This document shows positions 16,452 to 26,535 of a DNA stretch of 34,287 nt, in pieces (position 1 is the stretch's first letter; each line of letters opens with the position of its first letter). Source of the DNA: a virus. Its lineage: Duplodnaviria; Caudoviricetes. The notes below the pieces were generated by a model. It was not told the DNA's origin. It saw nothing but the letters and a program-made list of their open reading frames with translations, and did no database searches. The stretch lies in the IMG/VR virus record IMGVR_UViG_3300020045_013787, positions 1 through 34,287 of that record; one strand, given 5' to 3'. The position numbers and the translations under genes were made by a program.

Positions 16452-17093
16452 TTAAGCGGCTGCTGGTTTAGATTTAAAAAGACCTTTAAACTTCTCAGCA
16501 GATTCTGGTGTAATACTATTCAAGAGAGAAGAAATGTCAAAAGGTTTCTCGTCAGGCTTCTCATAAGCAAAAGTCTGTCTATTCTGAAGATTCTCTACAG
16601 CACCTCTTTTGGCGTTCCTGGCATCGGTTTGCTCTCCATAGAGATATTTAGATCTTTCTGCATCAAGGTTCTCTTGAATATCTCTAGCAATGCGAGCTAA
16701 AGCATCTCCAGCGTATGAGCTTTGCATTAATCCTTGGCTACGGAATTGCCCTGTTACACCTGGGGCCGTATGCTCTCTAAAATTTCTATATGAAGGATTA
16801 ACCCTAGTTTTATCAAAGACGGCATTAGCAGCCTCAGGATCGTAGTTATAGAGATCGGCTAGGGGGCCTTCTCCTCTAAGAGATTGATACTGCTCTTCGT
16901 TAAGCCTTTGCTGTCTTTCATCTAAGGTAGATAACTTCTTAGGTTTCTTCTTCTTTTTTCCTCCACCCCAAAGCCCTGCCGCTCCTCCTGTTACAGCTCC
17001 AATTACAGCTCCTATAGGGCCACCGACTGAAGCCCCAGCAGAAGCTCCGGATGCTGCTCCTGAAAATCCACCTGCATAATCTGCTTTAGGCAT
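16452..17093 (-). CDS. DNA ejection / pilot protein (P22 gp7-like position)
   Basis: N-terminal glycine zipper GAASGASAGASVGGPIGAVIG followed by a poly-Lys stretch. Confidence 0.7.
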   Translation of the reverse strand: MPKADYAGGFSGAASGASAGASVGGPIGAVIGAVTGGAAGLWGGGKKKKKPKKLSTLDERQQRLNEEQYQSLRGEGPLADLYNYDPEAANAVFDKTRVNPSYRNFREHTAPGVTGQFRSQGLMQSSYAGDALARIARDIQENLDAERSKYLYGEQTDARNAKRGAVENLQNRQTFAYEKPDEKPFDISSLLNSITPESAEKFKGLFKSKPAAA

Positions 17094-17102
17094 AAATACT
17101 CC

Positions 17103-17384
17103 TTACGTGATTAAAGTCCAAATAACGTTATTAGGATCAGTTCTAGAAGTCATTATCCAGGCTGTATCCGTATCGGTTCTTACTGTTATATCTCCTATAG
17201 AGAATAGAGAATTCCTCTGAGCATTTGCAGCTGGGTCAGCTCCAGAGATAACATCTTTCTTTACTGCTGTTGAGAGAGCTAGGGCTATATCAGCATACAT
17301 CTGAGAGAGCTGGTTCGAAAGGACTGGAGAAAGCTCTCTAACCTCAGAGCCAAAGTTCTTGTAGAGAGGTAAGCTAAAAGTCAT
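17103..17384 (-). CDS. Small tail-associated protein
   Basis: ATGA-coupled to the nozzle gene; DP...GDI.V.TDT..W motif resembles the fibre anchor domains. Confidence 0.7.
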   Translation of the reverse strand: MTFSLPLYKNFGSEVRELSPVLSNQLSQMYADIALALSTAVKKDVISGADPAANAQRNSLFSIGDITVRTDTDTAWIMTSRTDPNNVIWTLIT

Positions 17385-19597
17385 ATTAGTCTCCCAAGAG
17401 GCTGGAAGCCTGGCATTACAGCATGTACCTGAATCTTAGCTCCTGCTTGGTTGTTACTCATCTTAAACTGGAGGAATTGCCCAACCTGGTTAATCCATAT
17501 CTTTACCCACTTCTTATCACCCTTTTCATTATTGATTTTAGAGCAATCTACAAGGTATGAGAAAGTAGGGTTAGAGACATCCATGTCTTGGTGGTTGTTG
17601 GTGTATACATCGATCTTAAGCAATGCAGGGACTACAGTTTCATCCTCATCCCACTCTGTGAGGTTTGTGTCCGTTACGCTTACGTAGAAGTAGATCCACC
17701 CACAACGCACCTTCTTATCTTGATCTATCCATGGGTTTAGCTTTTTAGAGATAGTTTCAAATTCAATGGTTCTAGAAGCAATACCTCCAGAAGTATAGGC
17801 AGAAAATCCTCCATGATCTTGGCCAAAGTCTACATCAAAGGTTGTGTAGTCTGTAACTAAAGGGTCCTTAATTCTCCCTTGCTTCTTGTTGATCTCTGTC
17901 ATTCCTTCAACATCTACAAAGGTTATGAAGTCTCCTACCTCATAGTTATTCCAGTCTGTTGTAACTCTTATAGTCTGGTTGTCTATGATAGCTATATCTC
18001 TTATCATCACGGGGTTGTCTTGATTTTGAGTATCATTTAGCCTCCAGATCTCACCCTTGTGACCTCCTCCTATTGCTAAAGGATTTCCCTTAGAGTAGGT
18101 AAAAGCGTTCCAGTTCCCAAACTCTTGAGACATGGCATCCCAGTCTGGGAATCCATTTGTTGCGGTAAGATCACTCCAGAGGTATGTAAAAGCTACCTGA
18201 AAGTTTCCCATGCAAGAGAGGGGTATTTGGTAGATAGCAAAGTTATCTTCTTCGAAGTTTGAGACTAGGATTCTATCAGATCTCCCTTCAGGAACTAGTT
18301 CAAGTTTCTCAATACCTTGAGAAGGGTAAAGAAGATAAACATCCCTATCTTCATCTATGAACCCAGAGAAGCAAGCGTCGAACTCTCCTGTGTTAATCTG
18401 ATTGAAAGAGAAGTCAGGATTGTTATTATCCATCCTATCAACTTGGTATCCATCACATATGATAAGACCTCTAGGGCTTGCTGCCATAGTTCTATTTAGG
18501 TAAGAGATAACAGAGAAAGCGGCTCCACTTCCTCTAGAGCCATCTATCTTCTGGAGAATAAAAGGAGTAACATCATTCCCTGTATACTTAAGAGTCCATG
18601 TTCCAGATTCTGTGAAGAATAGAAGATCGTCTCTGTTGTATGCTGCACCAAAGAGCCATGTGTTATCAGGGACATCTATAAACCCAGCTCCTGGTGCTGT
18701 GGTATTATCAAAGTTATCACACTGTGCTCCAAAGCCTGAGATTCTTATCCTACGAGGAAATCTAGTCCCACTCTCTATAGACTGAACTAAGACTAGCCTG
18801 TCTTTGTATTCGAAGATCTGTCGTGCATTTAAGGAAGTAACTCCTACAGGAAATGTTGGAGCATAGTCAGATATTGTAGTGCCATTATATTGTTGAATTT
18901 TATCTCCCACAACACCGTTAGCGAAGAGGAGTCTAGGATTGCTAGAAGCATCTGCATAGTTCACCCAAGACCAGAAGTCTTTGCTAGTGCCTGTATAAGT
19001 ACCTGCTGGGATGTCGTCTAATCTATCCGTAATGGGATTATATCGATTTACGTATCTAGTATCTGCAACGATGAGCTGCCTAAGATTGTTCGTAGGATAG
19101 AAGCTCATAATCCCCATAACAGGCAATCCTTGATGATAGTCATAGGTTGCTGTTACTGTAGAAGCCATGGCAGGTGCTGTAGTGAAAGTTACAGAGACGG
19201 CTCCAGTAGTATAGTTTATGGTTCCAGTTCCATCACCTACGAAAGTTCCAATTTCTCCTAATCCATCATCTACTAGAGCTTGAACTGGATTAGAACCATT
19301 CACAAAGAAACTTCCTCTTCGTATTGGAGTTGTAGCTGAAATAGTAAAGGTTTTATTAGCTCCATCTATAGCTCCAGTCATAGAAGCGGCTATGACAGCA
19401 TGAACCATTCTACTTTCGCAGTAAGTAGACTTCCTTCCTTCAGCGAATCCTGAATACCCATCTCTCTTGGTAGTTACTCCTCTATAGACATACCCGTCGA
19501 GTAGCTCTGTATAAGCATCATTCGGGAGAAGCCAGGGTTGAAGTTCCCTGTCGTATCCTGTAGAAAAGTTTGATATTAGAAACCCTTGATAACTCAT
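17381..19597 (-). CDS. Tail nozzle / tail tubular protein B (P22 gp10 / T7 gp12 analogue)
   Basis: 738-aa beta-propeller-like protein (YKDRLV, RIRISG, LLFFTESGTW) with an inserted FCCH-like domain; position after the adaptor. Confidence 0.8.
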   Translation of the reverse strand: MSYQGFLISNFSTGYDRELQPWLLPNDAYTELLDGYVYRGVTTKRDGYSGFAEGRKSTYCESRMVHAVIAASMTGAIDGANKTFTISATTPIRRGSFFVNGSNPVQALVDDGLGEIGTFVGDGTGTINYTTGAVSVTFTTAPAMASTVTATYDYHQGLPVMGIMSFYPTNNLRQLIVADTRYVNRYNPITDRLDDIPAGTYTGTSKDFWSWVNYADASSNPRLLFANGVVGDKIQQYNGTTISDYAPTFPVGVTSLNARQIFEYKDRLVLVQSIESGTRFPRRIRISGFGAQCDNFDNTTAPGAGFIDVPDNTWLFGAAYNRDDLLFFTESGTWTLKYTGNDVTPFILQKIDGSRGSGAAFSVISYLNRTMAASPRGLIICDGYQVDRMDNNNPDFSFNQINTGEFDACFSGFIDEDRDVYLLYPSQGIEKLELVPEGRSDRILVSNFEEDNFAIYQIPLSCMGNFQVAFTYLWSDLTATNGFPDWDAMSQEFGNWNAFTYSKGNPLAIGGGHKGEIWRLNDTQNQDNPVMIRDIAIIDNQTIRVTTDWNNYEVGDFITFVDVEGMTEINKKQGRIKDPLVTDYTTFDVDFGQDHGGFSAYTSGGIASRTIEFETISKKLNPWIDQDKKVRCGWIYFYVSVTDTNLTEWDEDETVVPALLKIDVYTNNHQDMDVSNPTFSYLVDCSKINNEKGDKKWVKIWINQVGQFLQFKMSNNQAGAKIQVHAVMPGFQPLGRLI

Positions 19598-20211
19598 GTT
19601 GCACTCAGTATTATTACATTACCCATAAGAACATCCTCATACTCCCCTTCATCATCATTGATGAATTCCACCTTAACTAAAGCTGCTGTAACAGAGTTTG
19701 AATAGGTTGCATTTCCTGCAACCATAGCTGTAGAAACCTTAGCTGCTTGAGGTCTCATTCCTGTGCATACAACCATGTAATCTGCATTAGGCATTGCTGT
19801 AGTAAAGTTGATGGTATACCTTCCAGCCGCCGTCTTATCTACACTTGTCACGTTGAATTGGCTTCTCATGGTTTGAACTCCTACAGCCCCAGTCCCATTA
19901 AAGTTTACAGCGGCTCTTATAGGCATTGTAGGAGTAATCTGATACTCTACTCCAGTGTCATCCATGTAAAAGTCGTGAACCCTTCCTGCTGAGGTTTTAA
20001 CGTAAGACCTACCTGTATCAGCTAAGGCACCAGAAGGAGCTTGTATTGTCTTATGAATAAGATTGTGATACCCATCATTCGAATCTGCCGAGAGGTTAAA
20101 CTGATGGTCTGCACCTACAATAGTTAGTAGTCTTCCCATATTCGTCTGATTCTGTGCAGGGAATATTGAAGGGGAATCACTGTTTTGAGGGACTGATGCG
20201 CTAAAAGACAT
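19594..20211 (-). CDS. Short tail fibre / tail needle-like protein
   Basis: C-terminal AAVNFNGTG...FNVTSV...GRYTINFTTAMPNADY domain common at phage fibre ends. Confidence 0.7.
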   Translation of the reverse strand: MSFSASVPQNSDSPSIFPAQNQTNMGRLLTIVGADHQFNLSADSNDGYHNLIHKTIQAPSGALADTGRSYVKTSAGRVHDFYMDDTGVEYQITPTMPIRAAVNFNGTGAVGVQTMRSQFNVTSVDKTAAGRYTINFTTAMPNADYMVVCTGMRPQAAKVSTAMVAGNATYSNSVTAALVKVEFINDDEGEYEDVLMGNVIILSAT

Positions 20212-20219
20212 ATTTGCTC

Positions 20220-20936
20220 CTAAAAATCTGGTGCAGTTCTTTGTTTAGTAAATTGATCCCAAGTTCTAGCAAGGACTTGGCCTCTATATCTTCTATAAAC
20301 TTGGAAGACTTCGTTGTACTTATCCATCTCGCCATAGTCGCTAAGGATGTCTAGGGCAGCTCCATAAGCGAGGTATCTAGTGAGGTAAGCGTTAGGAACA
20401 TTGCTTAGTATTGAGTTCTCTGGAGTAGAATTTGTTCCTCCTGCAAAAGAGTAATCTATCTTGAATGCACTAATCCTTACCGAGTATGTCTGGTCTGGAG
20501 GTCCACGGAATGTAAGCTCGTTGTTGTAGTACAAAACATACGTAGGCATCTGAGGTGTGAAAACGTTATTCCACGGCCAGCGGTAGTAGAACTGCGCTGG
20601 ATCTTGATACCAGAAGAGTTTAAAGGTGTTTGGATTGAGGCTTGGGTCTGCATATGAGATATATGCAGGCGAGTTGATTGTGCTGAATCCTAGGGCATCT
20701 AAATCAACAGGAAGAGGGTCTTGTGTGTTCTCATCGATATCGAAGTCCCACCATGTCTCGTTTTGGAATATTCTAACCTCTTGAGGATGCTCTTGTTGAA
20801 GAAATGCATTGAGGTAATCAATCATGATTGCATCAGTAAAAGAAGGGTCATTCCTATCGACCCTTCCAGTGACATTTCTTAGAATCTGAACAGTAGCTTC
20901 TTTAGTAGAAGGTAGTACTGGTCCTGTCGTTGCCAT
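20220..20936 (-). CDS. Head-tail adaptor / tail tubular protein A
   Basis: LRNVTGR...DYLN, PTYVLYYNNELTFRGPPDQTY and YLAYGAA pattern. Confidence 0.75.
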   Translation of the reverse strand: MATTGPVLPSTKEATVQILRNVTGRVDRNDPSFTDAIMIDYLNAFLQQEHPQEVRIFQNETWWDFDIDENTQDPLPVDLDALGFSTINSPAYISYADPSLNPNTFKLFWYQDPAQFYYRWPWNNVFTPQMPTYVLYYNNELTFRGPPDQTYSVRISAFKIDYSFAGGTNSTPENSILSNVPNAYLTRYLAYGAALDILSDYGEMDKYNEVFQVYRRYRGQVLARTWDQFTKQRTAPDF

Positions 20937-20946
20937 AGTTGCTCCT

Positions 20947-21444
20947 TTAAGCAGCGAATTCTAGAACGTTGCAAGAGAATCTATTTCTCTCACTTACTTG
21001 TCTTGTTTCAGTTCTTGTATCTCCACCATCTTCAACTTTAACTTCAGCGAAGATAGGAACTGCTAATTTGTTGAGATATTGCACTACAGGGATAGGAAGC
21101 TCATAAACGCCACCTGGCTTAAGTTGACCTCTCCAGTCGATATCTTTATTTCTAAGTCTTACCTTAAGAACATTGTCAGGCTGATCGAAGCGTTGGAACT
21201 TAATCTTTACCTTCTTGTAGAAGCTCTCATCGGGAACTCTTATCTTCATTTTATTGCGCTCATGAAGACAGAATCTGTTATGTTTCCTAACATGGGCGTT
21301 GTAAGTAGCGAAGTCAGCGATAGTTTCGAATTTGAATGTGTCAAAATCGAACGGTTCTGGCTTCTCTGAGTCAGGCAGTTGTGCTCCACGGAGAACAGCA
21401 GCTTCTGTAAATTCTTGATCTTTTTCTTTTGCGCTTTTTTTCAT
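20947..21444 (-). CDS. Hypothetical head-module protein
   Basis: 165 aa with SD AAGGA; lies between the capsid and adaptor genes. Confidence 0.75.
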   Translation of the reverse strand: MKKSAKEKDQEFTEAAVLRGAQLPDSEKPEPFDFDTFKFETIADFATYNAHVRKHNRFCLHERNKMKIRVPDESFYKKVKIKFQRFDQPDNVLKVRLRNKDIDWRGQLKPGGVYELPIPVVQYLNKLAVPIFAEVKVEDGGDTRTETRQVSERNRFSCNVLEFAA

Positions 21445-21457
21445 AATTTTCCTTTTT

Positions 21458-21487
21458 AAAAGAGGGAGAGGGTTTTAACCTCTCCCT
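21458..21487 (-). terminator. Intrinsic terminator after the capsid genes
   Basis: 9-bp stem AGGGAGAGG/CCTCTCCCT followed by CTTTT on the minus strand. Confidence 0.7.
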
Positions 21488-21497
21488 AGGTTTTATC

Positions 21498-22202
21498 TTA
21501 AGCTGTATCGCCTAAGTTGAAGTACGCATTGAACTTGTATGCAACGAAATAGATCTTATCGTTGTCATTCGAAACGACCGCAGTTCCTAGAGTATAAATG
21601 TAGGAAGGAGGGAAGTTTTCAACACCAAGTTCAGGGCCAGTCTTAGTAAGCTGACCGCTAGATGTATATGCGCCAGCCATAGTGACAGGAAGGCCGTAAG
21701 TGTCATACAACGCGAATGTTGAAGATGAAAGAACATCTACAACGTATGTGTTGTTATTGATCTCTTGAGCCATTGTCCCTATCACCTTAGTGATAACTAC
21801 GCGATCACCATCAGCCAATCCATGACCAGCAGCGGTAACAACGGCAGGAGTTGCAGTTGTGATACCTGTGATAGTCACATGTTGGTTAGTGAATCCACCT
21901 GCTGTGCTTGCATTGGTAACACCATTAGTAGCTTCTAGAGTAGAAGTTAGCGTGGTAGTACCTCTTGCAACTATTAGAGCATCTCCTGAAGGGAAATCTC
22001 TAAACCAAACACCTTGCAGGTTGTTATCGTTAGTGGCGAATTTTGTGTAGTTAAACCATTCAATCTTATCTGCTTGCCATGGTAAAACTAGATCATAAGC
22101 AGCACCATCTGAGATGAAGTAGCCTGCATATGTGTTAGTTACTTGTCCAAGTTCCCTTAGACCAGTAAAGATATTTGCTGATGTTCCTATTGGAGCTGTC
22201 AT
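21498..22202 (-). CDS. Capsid decoration / minor capsid protein with E1-FCCH-like domain
   Basis: Directly after the major capsid gene; ITGITTATPAVVTAAGHGLADGDRV...EINN...AYTSSG motif. Confidence 0.75.
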   Translation of the reverse strand: MTAPIGTSANIFTGLRELGQVTNTYAGYFISDGAAYDLVLPWQADKIEWFNYTKFATNDNNLQGVWFRDFPSGDALIVARGTTTLTSTLEATNGVTNASTAGGFTNQHVTITGITTATPAVVTAAGHGLADGDRVVITKVIGTMAQEINNNTYVVDVLSSSTFALYDTYGLPVTMAGAYTSSGQLTKTGPELGVENFPPSYIYTLGTAVVSNDNDKIYFVAYKFNAYFNLGDTA

Positions 22203-22210
22203 ATTATTAC

Positions 22211-23155
22211 CTACCCTTTTGTACTTCTAAGGTTTACACACCATGAGTCATCTAGGATTACTGACCCTAAACGACCTTTCCAACCCATTGTCTGTCTTTG
22301 GTTCAATGGGTCTTGTCCTGCTCCGAGAGGCTTAATGATCATTTCCATTGACTGGTCATCGATCGTTATGCGTCCATAAGCATTGGCTGCAAATAGAAGG
22401 TTTGAGTAGATGGCTGGAGCAACTGAAGTGTCTTTATATCCTTCAGAAGTCATGCACAGACGAACTTCATCACAAGAGCCTAGCTCAGATTCTAGTACAG
22501 ACTGTTGACGTGGATAGTCAGCAGTAGCTAGGAAGTTAGCTAATTGTTTGAAATCAGTTCTTAGATCGGTAGAGATGATCATCCAATAAGCTGCCCATAC
22601 AGGAGCTGTTCCAAAGGCGTTAGTACCTTCTTGGTTTGGTGATAACTTCTTACCGTTATTCTCTGTGACGTAATCTACAGCTAGTTCTAAGTCTGTAGTT
22701 GTTACTTCTGTAATCGCTGCTCCGTTAACCCCGTTTAGGCAGTCAATCTGTGCTGCTGTAGCAACGAGCATGTTACGAACGATTTTGTCGTAGGTACTAG
22801 CCATGTTTTGTGCTAACATGTCTGCAACTTCGTTAGCTGTCTGGTCCTGAACAGTGATAATCACGTCGTCAGATAGTTCTACGACCTTTCCGTACTGGCT
22901 CACGACTGCAGTGATATCAAACTTAGTTACTTGCTCAGCATTTGGAGTAACACCTTCTGTGAGTGGTGTTAAAGCATCTGCTAAGTTATCGAATCTACGG
23001 AAGATAGCTGTTTTGCTATTCTTCTGAGGGATTCTACGTTCTTGAGCGAAATAGCCATAAACATAGTATGGCTGATGACGATCAAGAAGAATGTTGTCAA
23101 AGAACAAGTTGACTTCTGGGTCGACTTGTACTGTTGTTGTTGTTCCTGCGGCCAT
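22211..23155 (-). CDS. Major capsid protein, N4-gp56 family
   Basis: IPQKNSKTAIFRRF, TPLTEGVTP, QYG and DPLNQRQTMGWK motifs; SD AGGAG. Confidence 0.93.
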   Translation of the reverse strand: MAAGTTTTVQVDPEVNLFFDNILLDRHQPYYVYGYFAQERRIPQKNSKTAIFRRFDNLADALTPLTEGVTPNAEQVTKFDITAVVSQYGKVVELSDDVIITVQDQTANEVADMLAQNMASTYDKIVRNMLVATAAQIDCLNGVNGAAITEVTTTDLELAVDYVTENNGKKLSPNQEGTNAFGTAPVWAAYWMIISTDLRTDFKQLANFLATADYPRQQSVLESELGSCDEVRLCMTSEGYKDTSVAPAIYSNLLFAANAYGRITIDDQSMEMIIKPLGAGQDPLNQRQTMGWKGRLGSVILDDSWCVNLRSTKG

Positions 23156-23166
23156 TTTATCTCCTA

Positions 23167-23184
23167 GTCAAAAAATTATTTGAC
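23167..23184. promoter_or_regulatory. Palindromic operator-like site upstream of the major capsid gene
   Basis: Perfect arms GTCAAA-N6-TTTGAC adjacent to the RBS. Confidence 0.5.
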
Positions 23185-23201
23185 AAGAAGGGCAAATTTT
23201 T

Positions 23202-23825
23202 TTATGCCTCGCCTCGGAGCACTTTCTGTCGATACTCTCTAAATTCCTTTTTCCCTTGGATGCTTTTGAGATATTCGGTCCCTGTCGGCTGCGCAGACTT
23301 CCCTATTTCTACAGGAGATCTAGGCTTCTGAGAGTTCTCAACTATTCTCTTAGCATCATTGATCACATTCTTTACTCGTGGTTTTTCGTCCACAAGGTGC
23401 ATGTAATCATCAACAATCTCATTTGCACGAGATAAACGATTTATGGCAGTATCAAGAGTCGCTGCTAGCCAAGGTTTCTTGTCCAAAATTGGTTTCAAAT
23501 ACTTTTCAATTTTTTGAACAGCCTCGGGATTCATGTCTTGATAGACCTGCTCAAGAATCTCTCTTTTTGTGAGAGCTTTCTCTTCTTTGAAAGAACCCTT
23601 AGTCACTAGTGCTTCAGGATCTTCAACTTCTTCAGGCTCTTGAGGTTTCTTTGCCATTAACTCTTCATACACTCTCGTGCGTGTTTCAAGTTCTTGACGT
23701 TTTCTGCGCTCGGCCTGTAGAGCAGCAAGAGGAACCATCTTTGGTTCTTCTTGATGAGTATCTTGTGGCTCGACTTCCACCTGCTCGGAGACAGCAGCAG
23801 AAACATCTTCTTGTTCTTCGGTCAT
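23202..23825 (-). CDS. Capsid scaffolding protein
   Basis: Acidic N-terminus, VPLAALQAERRKRQ coiled coil, position directly before the major capsid gene. Confidence 0.8.
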   Translation of the reverse strand: MTEEQEDVSAAVSEQVEVEPQDTHQEEPKMVPLAALQAERRKRQELETRTRVYEELMAKKPQEPEEVEDPEALVTKGSFKEEKALTKREILEQVYQDMNPEAVQKIEKYLKPILDKKPWLAATLDTAINRLSRANEIVDDYMHLVDEKPRVKNVINDAKRIVENSQKPRSPVEIGKSAQPTGTEYLKSIQGKKEFREYRQKVLRGEA

Positions 23826-23847
23826 ATAACTCCCTTTATTCCTACCA

Positions 23848-24219
23848 TTACTTCGGTAGCAAGATTGTTGAACCCTTTTTGCCGCTGGTTACGCGTATGG
23901 ACTTCCCTAGAGTGGGAAAACTTAACATATCACCTGGATGCATGACCCAGAGTAGTGTTTTGACACCTCGTTTATTATCCACCTCATAAACGAAGCTCTC
24001 TTTGATAATTCCAGGCTTTTCATCACAAGCCTGTAAGAAAGGTTTGATGATATCTTTACCCTTCTTCTTTTCTATCTTTGCCTTCCCTAGGACCCAGTAC
24101 TTTTCCTTGTGAGAGTTCTCATTAAGGATCTTTTCTAGAGCATAATTGAAGTGAGAAGCCATTCCTTCTCTTGCGTTCATATGTTCTTGCATCTGGACAC
24201 TAGGAGGAGTAATTAGCAT
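23848..24219 (-). CDS. Hypothetical protein
   Basis: 123 aa, overlapping the upstream stop, in the head module. Confidence 0.75.
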   Translation of the reverse strand: MLITPPSVQMQEHMNAREGMASHFNYALEKILNENSHKEKYWVLGKAKIEKKKGKDIIKPFLQACDEKPGIIKESFVYEVDNKRGVKTLLWVMHPGDMLSFPTLGKSIRVTSGKKGSTILLPK

Positions 24220-24476
24220 GGCATACCGCGAAGAGATTCTTTTTTAGCTTCTTCGTCTTTAGCAGCCATAGCTTTCATGCGATCAGAGTTACCATAACCA
24301 GGGCCTATAGAGGAACCTTTCTTAGGAACGCTCAACGGGTTAGTTTTAGTACTGTACTCGCCGAATGCTTTTGCACCAGCAGAACCTTGTGGAGGCTGAT
24401 AACCTGGGTTATTCTGACCACCATAAGTTTCCATACGTGGCATCATCTTGTTAGATGTAGATGTACCTTTTGCCAT
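24213..24476 (-). CDS. Small basic, probably disordered head-module protein
   Basis: 87 aa rich in G/K/P/S, directly after the portal gene. Confidence 0.7.
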   Translation of the reverse strand: MAKGTSTSNKMMPRMETYGGQNNPGYQPPQGSAGAKAFGEYSTKTNPLSVPKKGSSIGPGYGNSDRMKAMAAKDEEAKKESLRGMPC

Positions 24477-24485
24477 ATGTTTACC

Positions 24486-26513
24486 TTATTGTTTGAGAGC
24501 TTGCGCTCGATTCATATCCTTTTGCAGTTCTTTTTCTGCGTCCTGCTTCTCTTGCTGCTTCATTTTAGCAGCTAGCTCGAGTACTTCTATCATGCGTTTG
24601 TGAGGGATATCTTCAATTTGGGCTATAGTCTTAGCATTATCGAGGAATGCTTTAGCATGATTTTGGGTAACTTCAGATTCTCTTTCCTTAGCTAGTCCTA
24701 TATCGGCAAGGACTCTTGCTCTGCGTTCTTCTGCTAGAGCGTTAGATTGGTTCACTGCTGCCATATCTAGCATCTTCTGTACTTGCATAGCTTCTTGTTC
24801 TTGTTCAGCAGCAGCAGCAGCCTGTTCTTGTTGCTGTGCTAGAATCTCATGGAGCTTGATGCTTCCTTGTAGAGGAGCTACTTCCATAACCTTATCCCAA
24901 GGAATAGGAGCACCAAGAGCGATAAGCTGTAGGAGTTGATAGTAATAAGCTTCTCTTTGCGTTGCTGTCTTCACTGCTTGAACTATAGCGCAGTCGTATT
25001 CTTCGAATTGCCCAGAGAAGAACTGTTCTGTAGGTTCTGATCCTATGATTCTTCGGATCTTTCCAGGGGAGTAGTTCTTCTGAATAGCTTCTATGATAAG
25101 TTTTCCTAGGTACTTCTTACTCTGCTCTAGATTATCGAATATTCCTCTATTACCTTTGAGACCGTTAGAGGCTCGTACCTCTGCGAGTTTCCCTGACACT
25201 TGTGAGTCGCCAACAGAAGAAAGGCCAAGGAGCTCATCAGAAGCCCCAGGGATCTCCATGATGTTCTTGTCCATAATGTCTTGATACTGGAGATAGCCAG
25301 CAGGTATATTAGGAGCAGAGATTTCTCTAACATCGGCATTAACATCATAACCCTCATTTACTACGATTTGTTTACCCTGACCAGACTGCATAAGCATTGC
25401 AGGATCTAGTACGGCACCGTTCTTTGTGATCCATCCTGAGTTAATTATCGACTCCATAAGATCTATAATTTGAGAATGCCTTCTGTTATATTGCCTTTGC
25501 GCGTCAATTATAGAGCGGACCAAGCCCTGTATCTTCAACTCAAAGGTGTCTATAAGAGGCTCATGGTACATTAGAACAGGGATGAAAGGATAGTTATCTA
25601 ATCCTGTAGGATCTGGACCTGAGTATAGAAGTTGCCCTGAGACTATGATGTTGAGCTCTATAGTTCTCTTATGTGAAGTGATGAGCTCTAGTCTTGGAGT
25701 TTGCTTAAGAAGCTCTTCAAGCTTTTTAAGATCGTCTTTATCTCCATCCCATTCCTCTGTGACCCCTGTTTCCATATCTACAAGATATCTTTGAGGCTTA
25801 TTGATCCTTTTCCAGTATTGGTCGTAGGTGCAGAGGTTCTTAGAGATATATGTAGAGTTGTATTGACGATATATCCCTAGGTACTGGTATTTATTATCTC
25901 TAATACCTGTAGGGAGATTGTCTATAACACTTGGATCAACCCAAGGAAGAAGGCCTTTAATCTGTTCTTTAGAAAGAAGATCTCTAGTAGAAGCTTGGTC
26001 ACAATCGCTTAGGTCTCTCTTAGTGAAATATGGGTCTAGCATGAGCGCATTGAAAGGCTTCCAGTACATCTTTATGTCACCATTCACCTTATCACGTGAA
26101 TAGTCCATATATATTCCTAAGATGGAAAGGCCCGTCTTTAGGGAGTGCTCGAATGCTTCTGAAATGTTATAGTCTGCGTTTGCTTGCTCATAGACGTGGT
26201 ATAAGACATCTGAGAATTGGTCTGCTGTCTCTACATCTGATCCTTCTACTGGGGAGCACACGGTAGCTGTTCTATTCTCTCTTTCATAACCAGAATAAAG
26301 ATTTACAACCCTACGGATCTTGTTAAGCTCTAGAATCATCCTGTTTTGACGTTCTAGCTTAGTCTTCTCTAGATTAGTCCAGTTATCACCAGCATAGGCT
26401 CTAAGATCTCTATAAGCTGCTGCATAATACACACCAAAGGTTCTATATGCATCGTAGAAGAATTGATTGAACTGTGCTACCTTATCATTACCCCCTAACC
26501 CAATATAAGTCAT
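24486..26513 (-). CDS. Portal protein, P22-like
   Basis: LNKIRRVVNLYSGYERENR, YPFIP and GLVRSIIDAQRQYN motifs; C-terminal Q/A-rich barrel. Confidence 0.92.
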   Translation of the reverse strand: MTYIGLGGNDKVAQFNQFFYDAYRTFGVYYAAAYRDLRAYAGDNWTNLEKTKLERQNRMILELNKIRRVVNLYSGYERENRTATVCSPVEGSDVETADQFSDVLYHVYEQANADYNISEAFEHSLKTGLSILGIYMDYSRDKVNGDIKMYWKPFNALMLDPYFTKRDLSDCDQASTRDLLSKEQIKGLLPWVDPSVIDNLPTGIRDNKYQYLGIYRQYNSTYISKNLCTYDQYWKRINKPQRYLVDMETGVTEEWDGDKDDLKKLEELLKQTPRLELITSHKRTIELNIIVSGQLLYSGPDPTGLDNYPFIPVLMYHEPLIDTFELKIQGLVRSIIDAQRQYNRRHSQIIDLMESIINSGWITKNGAVLDPAMLMQSGQGKQIVVNEGYDVNADVREISAPNIPAGYLQYQDIMDKNIMEIPGASDELLGLSSVGDSQVSGKLAEVRASNGLKGNRGIFDNLEQSKKYLGKLIIEAIQKNYSPGKIRRIIGSEPTEQFFSGQFEEYDCAIVQAVKTATQREAYYYQLLQLIALGAPIPWDKVMEVAPLQGSIKLHEILAQQQEQAAAAAEQEQEAMQVQKMLDMAAVNQSNALAEERRARVLADIGLAKERESEVTQNHAKAFLDNAKTIAQIEDIPHKRMIEVLELAAKMKQQEKQDAEKELQKDMNRAQALKQ

Positions 26514-26535
26514 CTTTGTATCGCTTGTGTATTAT

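Noticed and set aside
23180-23210. TTGACA as the -35 of an antisense promoter
   Set aside because: No convincing -10 at 16-18 nt; better explained as half of the palindrome.
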